Positions 50,996 to 63,327 of a stretch of 64,000 bases of DNA are shown here, piece after piece (positions within the stretch are counted from its first letter, which is position 1; the number at the start of each line of letters is the position of its first letter). The notes beneath the pieces are model-generated. The model was not told the DNA's origin. It saw only the letters and a list, made by a program, of their open reading frames with translations, and searched no databases. The stretch comes from Macrostomum hystrix (taxonomy: Eukaryota > Animalia > Platyhelminthes), in assembly GCA_950097015.1 (NCBI GenBank), contig CATNEN010000011.1, forward strand, positions 1,116,001-1,180,000, in the 5' to 3' direction. The translations under genes were made by a program, and so were the position numbers.

Positions 50996-51699
50996 GGTTT
51001 TAATTTACGCGGTTAGCGAGTTTTCTTTCATTAGAGAACTTTCTAGGCCAGTTGTCAGGTATCCACGCGAGCAGATGGACCAGATCAACTATTTGTAGCA
51101 ATGCAAGGACTAGCTGTAGCCACGACCACGCTCTGTTTACGTGTAAACTGGATATAGCCGGGGCTTTGATTTTAAGCAGTGCGTGGAAAAATTATACAAT
51201 TACTTGTATATCACAGGAAGATGCTCGCAACTGATACCACGCCGATAGGACGTCATTATACGCTTGGTCGCTGGATGTCCGACTGCGTTTTAAACGAAAT
51301 ATAAAAATACGCGCCTGTGTCATACAAGTATCTCTTATCCGACAGTGCAAATGGAAAAAATGGTCTAGCTCTTTACTGCTACGATTTTTATATCGCACGA
51401 ATCACGGCAGCTTTTTTATGTAGGACGTGAGTGGTGCCATCTCATCTGATCGACTGTCGCAGCAAGGTCCGGCGAGCTTGAATCCGTAGCGAGGCCACAT
51501 TCATTTTGTGCGCAGCCCCGAAGAAAGGCTAATTGTGCGTGGCTATTGTCGCAAAATTCAAAACCTTGAGGGCCAATTCCATGGGGGCACAGTGCCAACT
51601 CTATGAGGACAATAAGAAGGTCAGGTCAGATTCACCGGCCACCTGTGTGAGTGTGTGCCTGTGTGCCTGGATTTTGCTGCACCTGACTCGGGTGTTTAC

Positions 51700-52030
51700 T
51701 GTTGTGTTGTGAGACAACGAAGATGCTGAGCACTTTGTGTGTCACTGTCCCTTCTTTAACAGAGACCGGCTACGCTACCTAATTGGGCCCAACCCGTCTA
51801 TGGACGAGATCTGCCAGCGCGACAGCATTCCACGGCTCGTCCAGTTCCTCCGGGCAACAAGACGAGCCACGTTCTTCCCTACGGAAGACAACGCTGCAGG
51901 ACGGACCGGCGGACCACCCTGACCGGCCCCGCGCCCTCGCCTGTCTGTGGGCCTACAGGGGTTAGCGGTATGGGCGATCCTCGCCTCCCCGCTGTGTCCA
52001 TGGACCACCCTGCAGCTAAGTCAAGTTGTG
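51700..52030 (+). mobile_element. 3' remnant of a non-LTR retrotransposon (C-terminal zinc-knuckle region and structured 3' UTR)
   Basis: Frame EDAEHFVCHCPFFNRDRLRYLIG...LVQFLRATRR resembles the end of LINE ORF2. The GC-rich tail recurs at 15590-15725. Confidence 0.55.
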
Positions 52031-55000
52031 TCGTGACTTGTTCAAGTGCTTTAACAGTCCTTCTTAGGGGCACCGTTTTGATGTGCTGCGCTTTATTATT
52101 AGTTTATGCACGCGTATGCTGGCTACTGCTAGTTGACTAGTCCCTTGTGCTGCTTATTTCTAAATATTGTATTGTTTCCAAATTATCGATCCACTAGCTA
52201 CTATCTTTCCACGCAGTTGCACCCAGGCCAGAGATCTTAGGCCGCTAGCCGTTGACGCTTAGATAGTGCTGCTAAAACGGTATAAATGATAAGGCAGCGT
52301 CTCTGCAAGCTCCCGACTTTCTTGGGCCCTAATCGGCGGATCGCGTGTCTCTGTAGCTCTTCTGACCCTTCGCTTTCCGGCCTTGAGTGCGCATGGAGCG
52401 ACCAATGTCCGCCTAAATTTGAGTTAAGTCTGAAATCGACTAACGCTGGCCTAAGTTGAACTCGAGCAGCTTTCCTGGGCAGACTGCAGAGCGCTGCGAC
52501 TCCGGCTCTGGACCAGTCGGCTAACTTGTTAACCACTGTTGTTTCAAACGCAGCGGCCGTCCTATCAAAGCAGAAAGCTTATCAACCGAAGACAACGACT
52601 CGGAAGTTGTCTGGGCAAGGCAGCAGGTGCACACACGGATGAGACAGCGACCGCAGGCGTGCGCGTTTCGACGACTGCCGCCTTCCCGCGGCGGACCTGT
52701 CCCGCTTCATCTGGACTGGAGTCTCTGCAAAGAAGTTCCTCGCGCATCGTCTGGTTTTTCCTCACATTTGCTTCTGAGAGCTCGAGACATTAAAGCGAAA
52801 ACCGGGCCCGCCTGGCAAGGACCAGCCGAGCAACGGCAAAACCGAACAGACCTGGTCCGCGAAAGATTCCTTCTCCGGACAGAACCCTGCGCGACTTGAT
52901 GGAGGCGTCAGCCATTTGCATCCAGGTCAAAAAGGCTTTCACGGCCTATACTGATCTTGCGCTCGAGCAACCAACGCCCCCTTAAATCGGCAGCCGGGGC
53001 TGACGCGTTGGTGCACGGGGAACTAAACACCATTACAGATAAAATGCTTATCTTTTATTTTTTGAGTACAGAATTTTAAGACAGTTTATTTAGGGCACTG
53101 CAGAACATACTGCAGATACTCGCCGACTTCTTAAGTGTATACAGCTCAAGGGTATCTCACAGTGAAGTGATGCTTTGTTGCCTCTTTGTTCCGCGCCCAT
53201 GCGTTTTCAATTGAGCTTATGTTTGTATTTAGTTGGCACAGATCGATGAAGTACTCCTAGATCCCGAGTAGGATCCTGTTGGAATACGAAGTACAAAGTT
53301 TTCGCCATGCTCAAAGGTGCCAACATTAGCACGCGCTTGTGCATCGATCAAAGTAAAGTATTCCATATAAAAGCTTCTATAGTCAAACCGCCCAGAGCCA
53401 AATAGTGCCAAACCTTTTCTTATTTTTACACATGCAGCTATACCGCAACCCTAAATTAATTGAAATTATTAACTATTATCTATGTATTTAAAGCTTTTTA
53501 TTTTATTACTGATAACATGTTTCATGTAAAATCAGTTTGTAATTTTCTATTCTAATTTTAACCAATTGCAACCGAGCTTGCCTACGATTACGACAATGGC
53601 CCCTATCTAGAAATCGTTCCTGATTCTGACGTCGTAATACTAATCCATGTCGGTAATAAGCACAGCAGATTCACCTTCGACTGTTGTCGAACAAAAGACT
53701 GTCACCCTGGTCGACAAAAAGTAGCTATAAAACGAATATTGGTGTTGGACTCGACGACTATACTGACTCGACGACTAACGTACATATTTGTCAAATCATA
53801 TTTTACATAAAATATGCAATCTGTTATAATCTAAAATTATTATTATACATAGATATTACATAATAATTTTAATTTTTGGTTGCGCCGGATAGGTTGGTCA
53901 GGATTTGGCACTTGCGGGCAGAAAAGGTGGCAGACGAAAAGGGGGCAGACGAAATGACGAGCTTTGCTCTGGAATGTTTTAGAATACCGGAAGCTAAGAT
54001 CCTCAAGAATATAAATTACACTGTATGATAATATATATTATTACAGTCAGAATAACTTTCACCATACTAAAAAGACTGCACAAGCAAACAGCTGAGAATG
54101 ACTCTGAAAAGATTTGTTATACTGTAAAAAATTTTACTTTTATATTTTGTCATTTTTTAAATGTAGAATAGTTACAATTTTATATTATGTAGAATATCTA
54201 TATACTTTATCTTATAACTGTGATACTGACACACTATTACGTTGTATTACAACAGCTACTGCACATACCTAGTGCAGGTTACATATGTTATCTAAAGCTT
54301 AGTAGCTAAGTGCTTCATAAATGCTACTAGGTAGGCCTAGGCTGGTTTGGTTTGTGCATGTGTTCTAGTGCTAGTGCGAGTGTATCTATCACCAATTACT
54401 TGCTTTCTACGAGAAATTTTATAAGCTAGTAATAATCATGGATGACAGATATTGGCAGTTTATTAATATATATTATTAAATTAATTAAAAATAACTATTT
54501 AGGCCTATCTAAAATTGTTATTTAATTTTATTAGCTTGCTGCATTGCTTATTGACATTGTGAAGGCCTAGGCCTAGCTACATAGTACATAATAGCTAGCA
54601 TAACTAAGCCTAGCTATCAAGCTATCATAGTATTACTATTATCTTGTGTTGATTCCTGTCTGTCTGTCTTTATGAAATCAAGATATAACTCAAGCTAGCT
54701 ACTGACCATTTGTATTTTTCAGTTCCATGCAAAGGCAAAGCTAGGCCTATTAGGCCCTATCATTGATTGGCAATAACCAATAAGCAGTTATAATTTATAG
54801 GTCTAGCATTGGCCATTGTAACTAAGCCTTTAATAAGCAAAATATATTTAGCTAAACCATGTCTGTACCTTTTGAGTCTTTAATATGAACAATTGCCTAA
54901 TTGACTAGGCCTAGTTGACAAAGTGACCAATTATAGGGATGAGTCCAATAAATAACTATTTGAAAAAATGGCAGTACTTGACAAAGTGACCAGCACCCAC

Positions 55001-57224
55001 TAGCTAATACAGTCCCAGGTCATTTCGGTGACAAGACATTTCGGTGACATTGTTTCGGTGACAAAATGGGTCAGTTCGGTGACAACTATTCTTGCACCTG
55101 AATATGCTTAGGAAACAGCCTTCCAGTTCCATGTGCTTAGAAAACAGCCTTCCATGTGAACTACGCACACCTATTAAGTATTATTAAATAATGATGAATA
55201 ATAATACTCTAGCTAGTATAGCTATAGGCCTACCTATATAAAATTGGCTCAGCTACTTTAGAAAGCTATCAAAGTAGCAATTGGAGCCAGGTCAGTATAT
55301 TAATATATAGCAAAATTTCAGGCCTAAAATGTTTATTAAGGCCTATCTAATTATTTATTTTTTTTCATATTAAATTAGAAATATTAAAGACTCAAAGACT
55401 CAGTTTGGTTTGGGTATCGATTTGGTTTAGGTGAGGTTTAGATAATAGAAACCCTACATGTCAACTCTTGATTATGATATAGGCCTACCTTAAATGTGTA
55501 GTGTTTAACGCTAAGCAAATGGCAAACAATAATTTGGCAAACAACAATAATTTGTTTTTCTATTTCTAAAAGTACTTAAAATCGAAAAATATTAGAGTGC
55601 TGACAATCCTATGGCTAGCTAATTTTTTTTAAGTAGGCTAAGTTCTAGTAAATATAAAATGCTACAATTTGGTGGGGACACCACAATGCTATAAATAGTA
55701 TTTGCCTTTGTTTCTTTCTTCTATGCATTTGTTTTTATTCTGTACTTTAAATACTAATAAATGCTGAATAATAAATAAATATAGCATATTAAACTTGTAA
55801 AAAAGTAAGAAGACTGATACATTTTGCTTTTTTGAAACTTGAGACTAGAGATGCTCAAATCATATAGATTATTAGTTATAACCATTATATTGATTATTTA
55901 CATTATGTAATTTTCATACTCTATGTCTCAGAGTCTGCAATATCTAGCTTAAAATGAGCTTTAGGCATTTGGCCACTAGGTCATGCGTTTGAATCTCAAT
56001 CCTTGCAAAACAGATTGTTCTTTGTCCATGAGCAAGGTGCCTAATTTTGCATTGCTTTTGGTCAGCTGTAGTAGTCTATGTAGCGATCTCTTTCGTCCAT
56101 AGCTGTTACTTAGCCTTTAGTAGTTTCGTGTGTAGCAGACCTTTCAGCTCTCTCTCTATTTGTTGGATTTGGGATTGGTGAGCTGAGTATTTGGGGGGCT
56201 GGTAGCGTAAGTTATGAGGGTGACAATAGGTATTTTCCATGCTGTTCGGGTTATACCTAAGGTAGCGCTAATGCCCGAGTGGCAAGACACTAGCTACTAA
56301 CAATGGGAGAAGAATCGACTGTTGCTGGCACAAGGGCTTAGGTCACTGATCTGGGGCACACAGTCCGTGGGGTGTATCAGGATGGATCAAAGTTGTCTGG
56401 TGTACATCCTTTGCACTCTCACTTACTTTCCTCTATGGGGTCTGGAATTCGTACAGTTTCATTAGGGGGTTAAAGGTGGAGTTTTGGGACTTCAGGGGGG
56501 TATTTAGGGAACCTTAGGTGGACTTCAGATAGACTTCAGGTGGACTTTTAGATGGGATTTTAGGGCGGTATATTGGGGTTTCAAAGGGGTCATATAATAG
56601 GGTGGATTTGGGTGAAGAATGCCAATGAGAGATAAATGGGAGAGGATTGGGCTGAGGTAAAGGGATCTGTTTTACTCCTATTAGGAAAATAACTAAGGAA
56701 CTTGGTTCATTTAATAGCAAAACAGGGAAAGAGGTAGGAAGTGGAATGGCTTATATTTAGTATAGGTTGTATCGAACGTAGAGCTAAACGTTGAGAACGT
56801 AAAGCAGGTCAAACAGGTAAAGATTGCATTATATTCTTCTCTGTATATATATACCAAAATATATAGTATATTCCATACTATTAGGGTGGGTGCATGTCCC
56901 ACTTGAGTGCACACACACAACAAACAAAGAGAGCTGAGTGAGGTTACGACAAATAGATAGTGAGTGAGAAAAATTGGCGGGAATTCAAAATGAATAAGTG
57001 TCCTAATTATTCACTGCCTCAGGTGAAATAGCTATGGCTATGAATCTATTCCTACTAGTACTATATGTATTTTTTCTATTTCTATGGAATGAATATGATT
57101 CAAAGTAACACATGTTTGACCTTATTACTAAAATGTAAAAGTTTTTAGTAGTATATACAATAAATGTTTATTATTGATTATCGTTTTGTTTTTAAGAATC
57201 ATTTCCAAGAAGCCATTTTGAGTC

Positions 57225-58577
57225 ATGAGCAGCCAACAGCTGACAATGTCCATTGTTCTGGCGCCAAATGCTACAGAGCCTCGCCTAGTCCTGATCCCCG
57301 TTGATCGCAGTCGGAATAGCGAACGGGCCTTAGCTTGGTGCGCCGGCAATTTGGCACAGCGGCGCGACCAAGTGGTGTTTGTCAATGTATCAGAGCCGCC
57401 CGAGGTGAGCAGCGCTGCTCAAACTGGCCTAGCAGGTGCTCAGGATGTCTATCAGCGAGCTATCGGTAGTGCCATTGAGAAGGGACGAGAATTAGCGGAA
57501 CAGGTTTGGCTGGCTCTATTTTATTCTAGCGGTTATCTACTATTCGTTATTGATTTTTATCCTGCAAGCCCGTCATCTATTATTTTTACAGGGGCAGTTT
57601 TAAGTATTAACTACCTGTTATTAGTTGTTCATTGTCACAGAAACACGTCCGCTTTCACTTGTTCTTTCCAAAACCCCAAATATTTCTTTTCTTCAAAATC
57701 CTTCCTAATGTCCATATAGTCTATCAGCTGTTATCCAGGAATTCCCCAAGCAGGTCAATCATTATCTCCAAATCCCCAATCTGTCAGTTTTTCATCCCGA
57801 ACCCCCTAAGCATGTTGTGTATGATCTATAATCTGTCAAATGTTATTAAAAAATCATTACCCAGTCTTTTTTTATCTCAAAATTCTTCTCTTTCAGTTGT
57901 TATCAATTAATCACCAAAGCATTAATCCTATGCCTAAATGCCTAAATCCCCAATCTGTCAGTTGCTATCCCTTAAATTCCCTTTAGTCATGTCAATCATT
58001 ATCCCTAAATTCCTAATCTGTCAGTTGCTATCCCTTAAATCCCCAAAGCATGTCAATTATTATCCCTAAATTCCTAATCTCTCAGTTGCTATCCCTTAAA
58101 TCCCCAAAGCATGTCAATTATTATCCCTAAATTCCTAATTTCTCAGTTGCTATCCCTTAAATCCCAATGCATGTCAATCATTATCCCTAAATCCCCAATC
58201 TGTCAGTTGCTATCCCTTAAATCCTCAATGCTTGTCAATCATTATCCCCAAATCCCCACTGTTGTCAGGTCCGCCGCCGCTGGATGGAATTCGGCATGCA
58301 TCGCGCATTCAAAGAGCCTAGATTTCTGGAGCGCCTATCAAAAGATCCCGGCCCGGCCATCTGTCAGGTGGCCAAAGACGAGGGCGCCAATCTCATTGTG
58401 ATTGGCAGTCGCGGCATGAGCCGACTCAAACGGACCTTCCTAGGCTCGGTGTCCGAGTATGTGCTGCACCACGCCAAGGTACCGATCGCTATTGTGCCAC
58501 CGCCGAAGCATCAGCAGGGCTTGGAAGCTATTCGACAGTCTAGCCAGGATACGGTCTCGGCCGATGGGCAGGATTAG
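57225..58577 (+). CDS. Universal stress protein (UspA-like domain, 195 aa)
   Basis: Exons 57225-57503 and 58269-58577 (phase 0). N-terminal VLIPVDRS..SERAL and ATP-binding G-2x-G-9x-GS motif (GSRGMSRLKRTFLGSVSEYVLHHAKVPIAIV). Confidence 0.92.
57935..58265 (+). repeat. ~60-bp tandem array at the 3' end of the USP intron
   Basis: About five units of ctgtcagttgctatcccttaaatccccaaagcatgtcaattattatccctaaattcctaat. Confidence 0.9.
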
Positions 58578-59838
58578 ATGGTTTGATTGATTGATTGACA
58601 AAAGGATGACGGGTTTGATTAAAAAACTTACTGAAGTTCCTGCTCAACACGAATTATGAAAGCACTGTTATAACCCTGAAAATTTTGTTTGATTTTTGTA
58701 TCGATCTAAGAACCGACAATTCAAAATCTAGTCTAGTTTTTTAATCTTGTTTTTAAGTCTCATTTGTTGTTTCCATTCTCCTAGTCTTTAGATCAGCTTT
58801 TTTAGTTATTAATTTCGTTAAAATGCTTTTCTTTGCTGCAATCTGTGATTTTGTTTTTGCTTTTTCAAAGAAGTAGTATCTACGGTGTCTTATTTTCCTA
58901 TGTACTTTTCAAGGGAACTTTGTGGCCTAGTATTAATTATAATAATAATTTCAGGAGGGCAGCGGGCAATATTGCATCAATTGGTGACGCTAGAACCGCA
59001 GCCCATTTCGCTGACTCCTGAGCACGCACGCACACAGGTACCGTACGCAGCCACACGCTCACACAGGTGTGTACATCTGTCTTGACATTGTCAGTCAGTG
59101 TACACTCTCACTGTGCCCCAAGCGTTCTCTCCGCGTAATCGAGCTCAGGGAACTTTGGTGTGACAGGCAAACCCGTTAACCGCTCTGGCTCTCACTCCCT
59201 TGAAGTTAGCTGCCTATTGCTTGTACCATTGGCTGTAGTTTATTAAATAGAATTTTATTTTAGTGTAGCCATAAACACACAATATATATATTGATTCTTC
59301 CAGATTATTAATAAATTTAATATTTCTGCGCATCTCTGTCTTGTATTTGAGACATCATCTTTTTTATTAGACTGTTTTGCACATTTTATCGAAAAAATCG
59401 AAATAAACTGACCTACTTTTTATTAGTTTAAACTGTGCACTCTTTAACACGGTTAACAGTGGTTTTAAGCTGTCATTCTTTTATTTACTTCTATTCAGGA
59501 AATGTACATTTTGTTTAGCCAAGTCGAAAATGAGATAATTAAATTCAGACTAGTGTGCCTTCCCAAAAAGTTAATATATTTTATTAGCTAATGTAATTTT
59601 CTTATGGTCATTTGTCCATTTGTCTTATCCTGGGATTATTATACAATTTTTAATCAAGGGATAATCAAAAGGAATAAGCCTATTAAAAATGTTTTATTTT
59701 GAGGGCACTACTCGTAGTTGTTTTTAGGGCCAAAAAATTATCACGTTTTTTCTTATTTTATTCATTCATAATAAATTATTCTTAGTCAATTCTTTTACTT
59801 TAGAAATATAAAAATTGCGCAGGGCCGTCACACAGCTA

Positions 59839-61280
59839 AGGTGGTTGTAGCCTAGTGGTTAGAGCGCCCGACTCACGACTTGAAGGTCGGGGGTTCGATT
59901 CTCGACTCCATTGGAACAATTTGTGTCATTTAACTCTGCATTGCTTCAGTTCACCCAGCTTTTACGAGGGGCGATCAAAAAGTTCTGCAAGCTGCGTTAT
60001 TACAAAGTCCAGAGAAAACTGGAGCACACATTCAGTGTCGCATTCCCTCAAAGTACTTCCCCTCAGCTTCAATGCACCGTTGCATTCGCATCCGCCAGGC
60101 CTGGAACTGGAAGCAGCTGAGGTACTCTGATGTTGGTAGTCTCTCGAGTTCTGATTTGACTGCTCGTGCCAGGTCCTGAATGCAAAAAAGACCATGTTGG
60201 ACTGCTTGTCCTTCATCGAGAAGAAGGAAATCCAACATTCGTCTCCTGTCACGACGTCAGACAGCCTCCAGCCACAGCTCCAGCTCCAGCCACAGGCGGC
60301 AGATTCGCATGCGCTCAGCGCACTGTTCCACTGTGAGCAGGTGCGGCACCCAGCGGGCGCAGGTCTTGGAGCGGCCCAGCTGCTCATGCATGATGGTGTG
60401 GGCGCTTCCATAGTTGACACCGAACTCGTAGGCAAGGAATCTCAGTGTCACACCGCAATCCTCGCGCACAATTGTGTCCGCGCGGGCCACTGATGCCTCG
60501 GTCACGGATGTCCGGGGTCGTCCAGACTGACTCTCGTCTTTGGAGCTCGTTCGTCCATCGGTAAAGTGGCGCATCCAGCGTGCGACAGTGTCATATGACG
60601 GCGCAGCTTCAGCCAACACTGAAACTAAGTCGCTGTGAATTTCCACAGCTTTTTTCCCAGATGCATGCGCATATAGATGTAGAAGCGAATGTTGTCTTTT
60701 GACGATTCCATGTACAGGCTTAAAACTGGAGTTGGTTGGTGTCTAGTTAAACTGAAACTGATTCTCGAAATCAACTGAAACTTACAAGGAAGGAGAAAAC
60801 TAAATTTTGAACAACTCCAGCAAATTTCACTTTTTTTGGTGCAGCAGAAGTGGCTACAGGACAGTTGGTTGCAGAACTTTTTGATCACCCCTTGTAAATG
60901 GGCACCAGCATTGGCTGGGGTAATTGAGAGGGCAGGTGTTCTCGCAACACGGTCCCAAAGTTCGATTCCATGGCGAGGCCACATTTGTTTAGGTCGCAGC
61001 CGCGGAGAAACAACTTAAGGCTTGTCGTGCAATTTACGCCCTTGAGGGCCAACCTCCAAGGCACAGTAAAGTGTACACTGCCTGACGATGAGCAAGACGG
61101 GGCTGATGAGCGTATGCCTGCGTACAGTATCTGTGTGAGTTTGTGCTCAGGAGTCAGCGAAATGTGCAGAATTGCCCCCGCGCTGGCTGCGCGTCTAGTG
61201 TCACTAAATGATGTGCCACTGCCCGCAGCCCTCCTGCAATTAATAATAATAATATTATTATTATTAGGGCAGGTGTAATG
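59839..61280 (+). mobile_element. SINE family 1 copy interrupted by a mariner and by a SINE family 2 fragment
   Basis: Head at 59839-59910; the core is split at cccagcttt|TA|aatgggcacc by the mariner; agggcaggtgt is duplicated at 60929-60939 and 61266-61276. Confidence 0.85.
59965..60894 (-). mobile_element. Internally deleted mariner element inserted in a SINE
   Basis: 26-bp TIRs cgaggggcgatcaaaaagttctgcaa / ttgcagaactttttgatcaccccttg with TA on both sides. Transposase remnants SGRPRTS, CARWVPHLLT, VTGDECW and RCIEAEGKYFE. Confidence 0.92.
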
Positions 61281-61396
61281 AGCTATATTTATATTACTTA
61301 AACAAAAAAATGAGTCATGATTTTTCGTATGTTCTACTATAAGCGGTATTGTTCAGTTTTTGTTCAAATTTACCTTTCAGCCAGCAGTAATAAATC

Positions 61397-63327
61397 ATGG
61401 GAGTTCCAGCTTTCTTTCGTTGGCTTAGCCGCAAATTTCCATCCATTGTTGTCCATTGCGTCGAAGAGAAACAACGCGAAGTGAATGGCGAATCGGTGCC
61501 CGTTGACACTAGCAAACCGAATCCTAATAATTACGAATTCGATAATCTCTACCTGGACATGAACGGCATCATTCATCCGTGCACTCATCCGGAGGATCGG
61601 CCGGCGCCTCGCAACGAAGCCGAAATGTTCGCCGCAATCTTTGACTACATGGATAGAATCTTTGCCATTGTCCGGCCGCGCCGGGTTCTCTACATGGCCA
61701 TCGACGGAGTGGCTCCGCGCGCCAAGATGAACCAGCAGAGGTCGCGTCGATTCCGGGCCGCTAAAGAAGCCAAAGAGAAGGCCAACGAGTTGGAACGACT
61801 CAGGGCCGACCTGACTGCTCAGGGCATGCCGCTGCCGCCGCCGAAAGCTCCTGAGGAGCATTTTGATAGCAATTGCATCACCCCGGGTACTCCGTTTATG
61901 GCTAGACTGGCTGTGGCGCTGCGCTATTATATTCACGACAGGCTGCACAATGATCCAGGATGGCGCAATCTACAGGTCTTCCTGTCTGACGCCAATGTGC
62001 CTGGTGAGAATTGATTTTATTTTCATTCTTGGTTGGGTTAAACCTAAAAGTAGAATTTTTTCTGGGGTCTATTTAGAGTCTTGTAAGGTCTTTTTAAAGT
62101 CTTCAGGACTCTCTTCAGTATCTTCAGGGGTCTCTTCAGAGTCTTCAGGGCTCTATTCAGAGTCTTCAGGACTCTATTCAGAGTCTTCAGTGCTCAATTC
62201 AGAGTCTTCAGGGCTCAATTCAGAGTCTTCAGGGCTCTATTCAGAATCTGCAGAGGTCTGTTCAGAGTCTCCTAGGGTCTATTCAGTGTCTTCAGGGCTC
62301 TATTCAGAGTCTTCAGTGCTTTATTCAGAGTTTTCAGGGCTCAATTCAGAGTCTTCAGGGCTCAATTCAGAGTCTGCAGAGGTCTGTTCAGAGTCTCCTA
62401 GGGTCTATTCAGAGTCTTCAGGGCTCTATTCAGAGTCTGCAGAGGTCTGTTCAGAGTCTCCTAGGGTCTATTCAGAGTCTTCAGGGCTCTATTCAGAGTC
62501 TTCAGTGCTTTATTCAGAGTCTTCAGGGCTTTATTCAGAGTCTTCAGGGCTCAATTCAGAGTCTTCAGGGCTCAATTCAGAGTCTTCAGGGCTCAATTCA
62601 GAGTCTTCAGGGCTCTATTCAGAGTCTGCAGAGGTCTGTTTAGAGTCTCCTAGGGTCTATTCAGAGTCTTCAGGGCTCTATTCAGAGTTTTCAGGGTTCT
62701 ACTTGGATGCTTCTAGACAGATTTTTAATCATTTATGGCTCATGGCTGCGATATTTCTGTTCTTCAATATCGAACACTCACGGTTTATTTATCAACCGCC
62801 CGTGTACTAATAAACCCTCAGGCGAGGGCGAGCATAAGATCATGGACTTCATCCGGCGTCAGCGTGCTCAGCCGGCTCACGATCCGAACACTCGGCACTG
62901 CCTGTGCGGCGCTGACGCCGACCTCATCATGCTGGGCCTGGCTACTCACGAGCCGCATTTCACCATCATTCGAGAGGAATTCGTGCCTAACAAACCCAGG
63001 CCCTGCGATCTGTGCGGCCAGCTGGGTCACGAAGCCAAGGACTGTCAGGGCCTGCCTAGGGATCAAGCTGCTGCCGAAGCTCCGCCTGTTCTAGCCTCCG
63101 AGGCTGACTTTATCTTCATCCGATTGCACATACTTCGCGAGTATCTTCAGAAGGAGCTGCGAATGGACGGCCTACCGTTCGGCTACGATTTCGAGAGGGC
63201 GCTGGACGATTGGGTGTTTATGTGCTTCTTTGTTGGCAACGACTTCCTGCCTCATCTACCTAGCTTAGAGATTCGCGAGGGAGCTATCGACCGGCTGGTT
63301 GGCATTTATAAGCGGGCTGTGTACCAG
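61397..63327 (+). CDS. XRN2: 5'-3' exoribonuclease 2 (XRN2/Rat1), 5' part; continues beyond the window
   Basis: Exons 61397-62003 ([15 protein letters not shown]...[14 protein letters not shown]...[17 protein letters not shown]) and 62822-63327 ([36 protein letters not shown] knuckle, [12 protein letters not shown]), phase 1 junction. Confidence 0.97.
62095..62700 (+). repeat. 21-bp minisatellite (ttcagagtcttcagggctcta)n in XRN2 intron 1
   Basis: Direct observation; source of the Ser-rich artefactual ORF. Confidence 0.93.

Noticed and set aside
51010-51040. GAAA-rich, ISRE-like motif upstream of the Mx ATG
   Set aside because: The spacing does not match GAAANNGAAA, and such words are common in AT-rich DNA.
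55015-55085. Four ttcggtgaca repeats (and gcagacgaaa repeats near 53920-53960) suggesting TE subterminal motifs
   Set aside because: No matching opposite end or TSD was found in the window.
56430-56450. Possible 15-nt minus-strand microexon (ttccag|accccatagaggaaa|gtaagt)
   Set aside because: No partner exons or host gene identified; could be chance.
61863-62810. 315-aa Ser/Glu-rich ORF
   Set aside because: Translation of XRN2 intron 1 and its 21-bp repeat.
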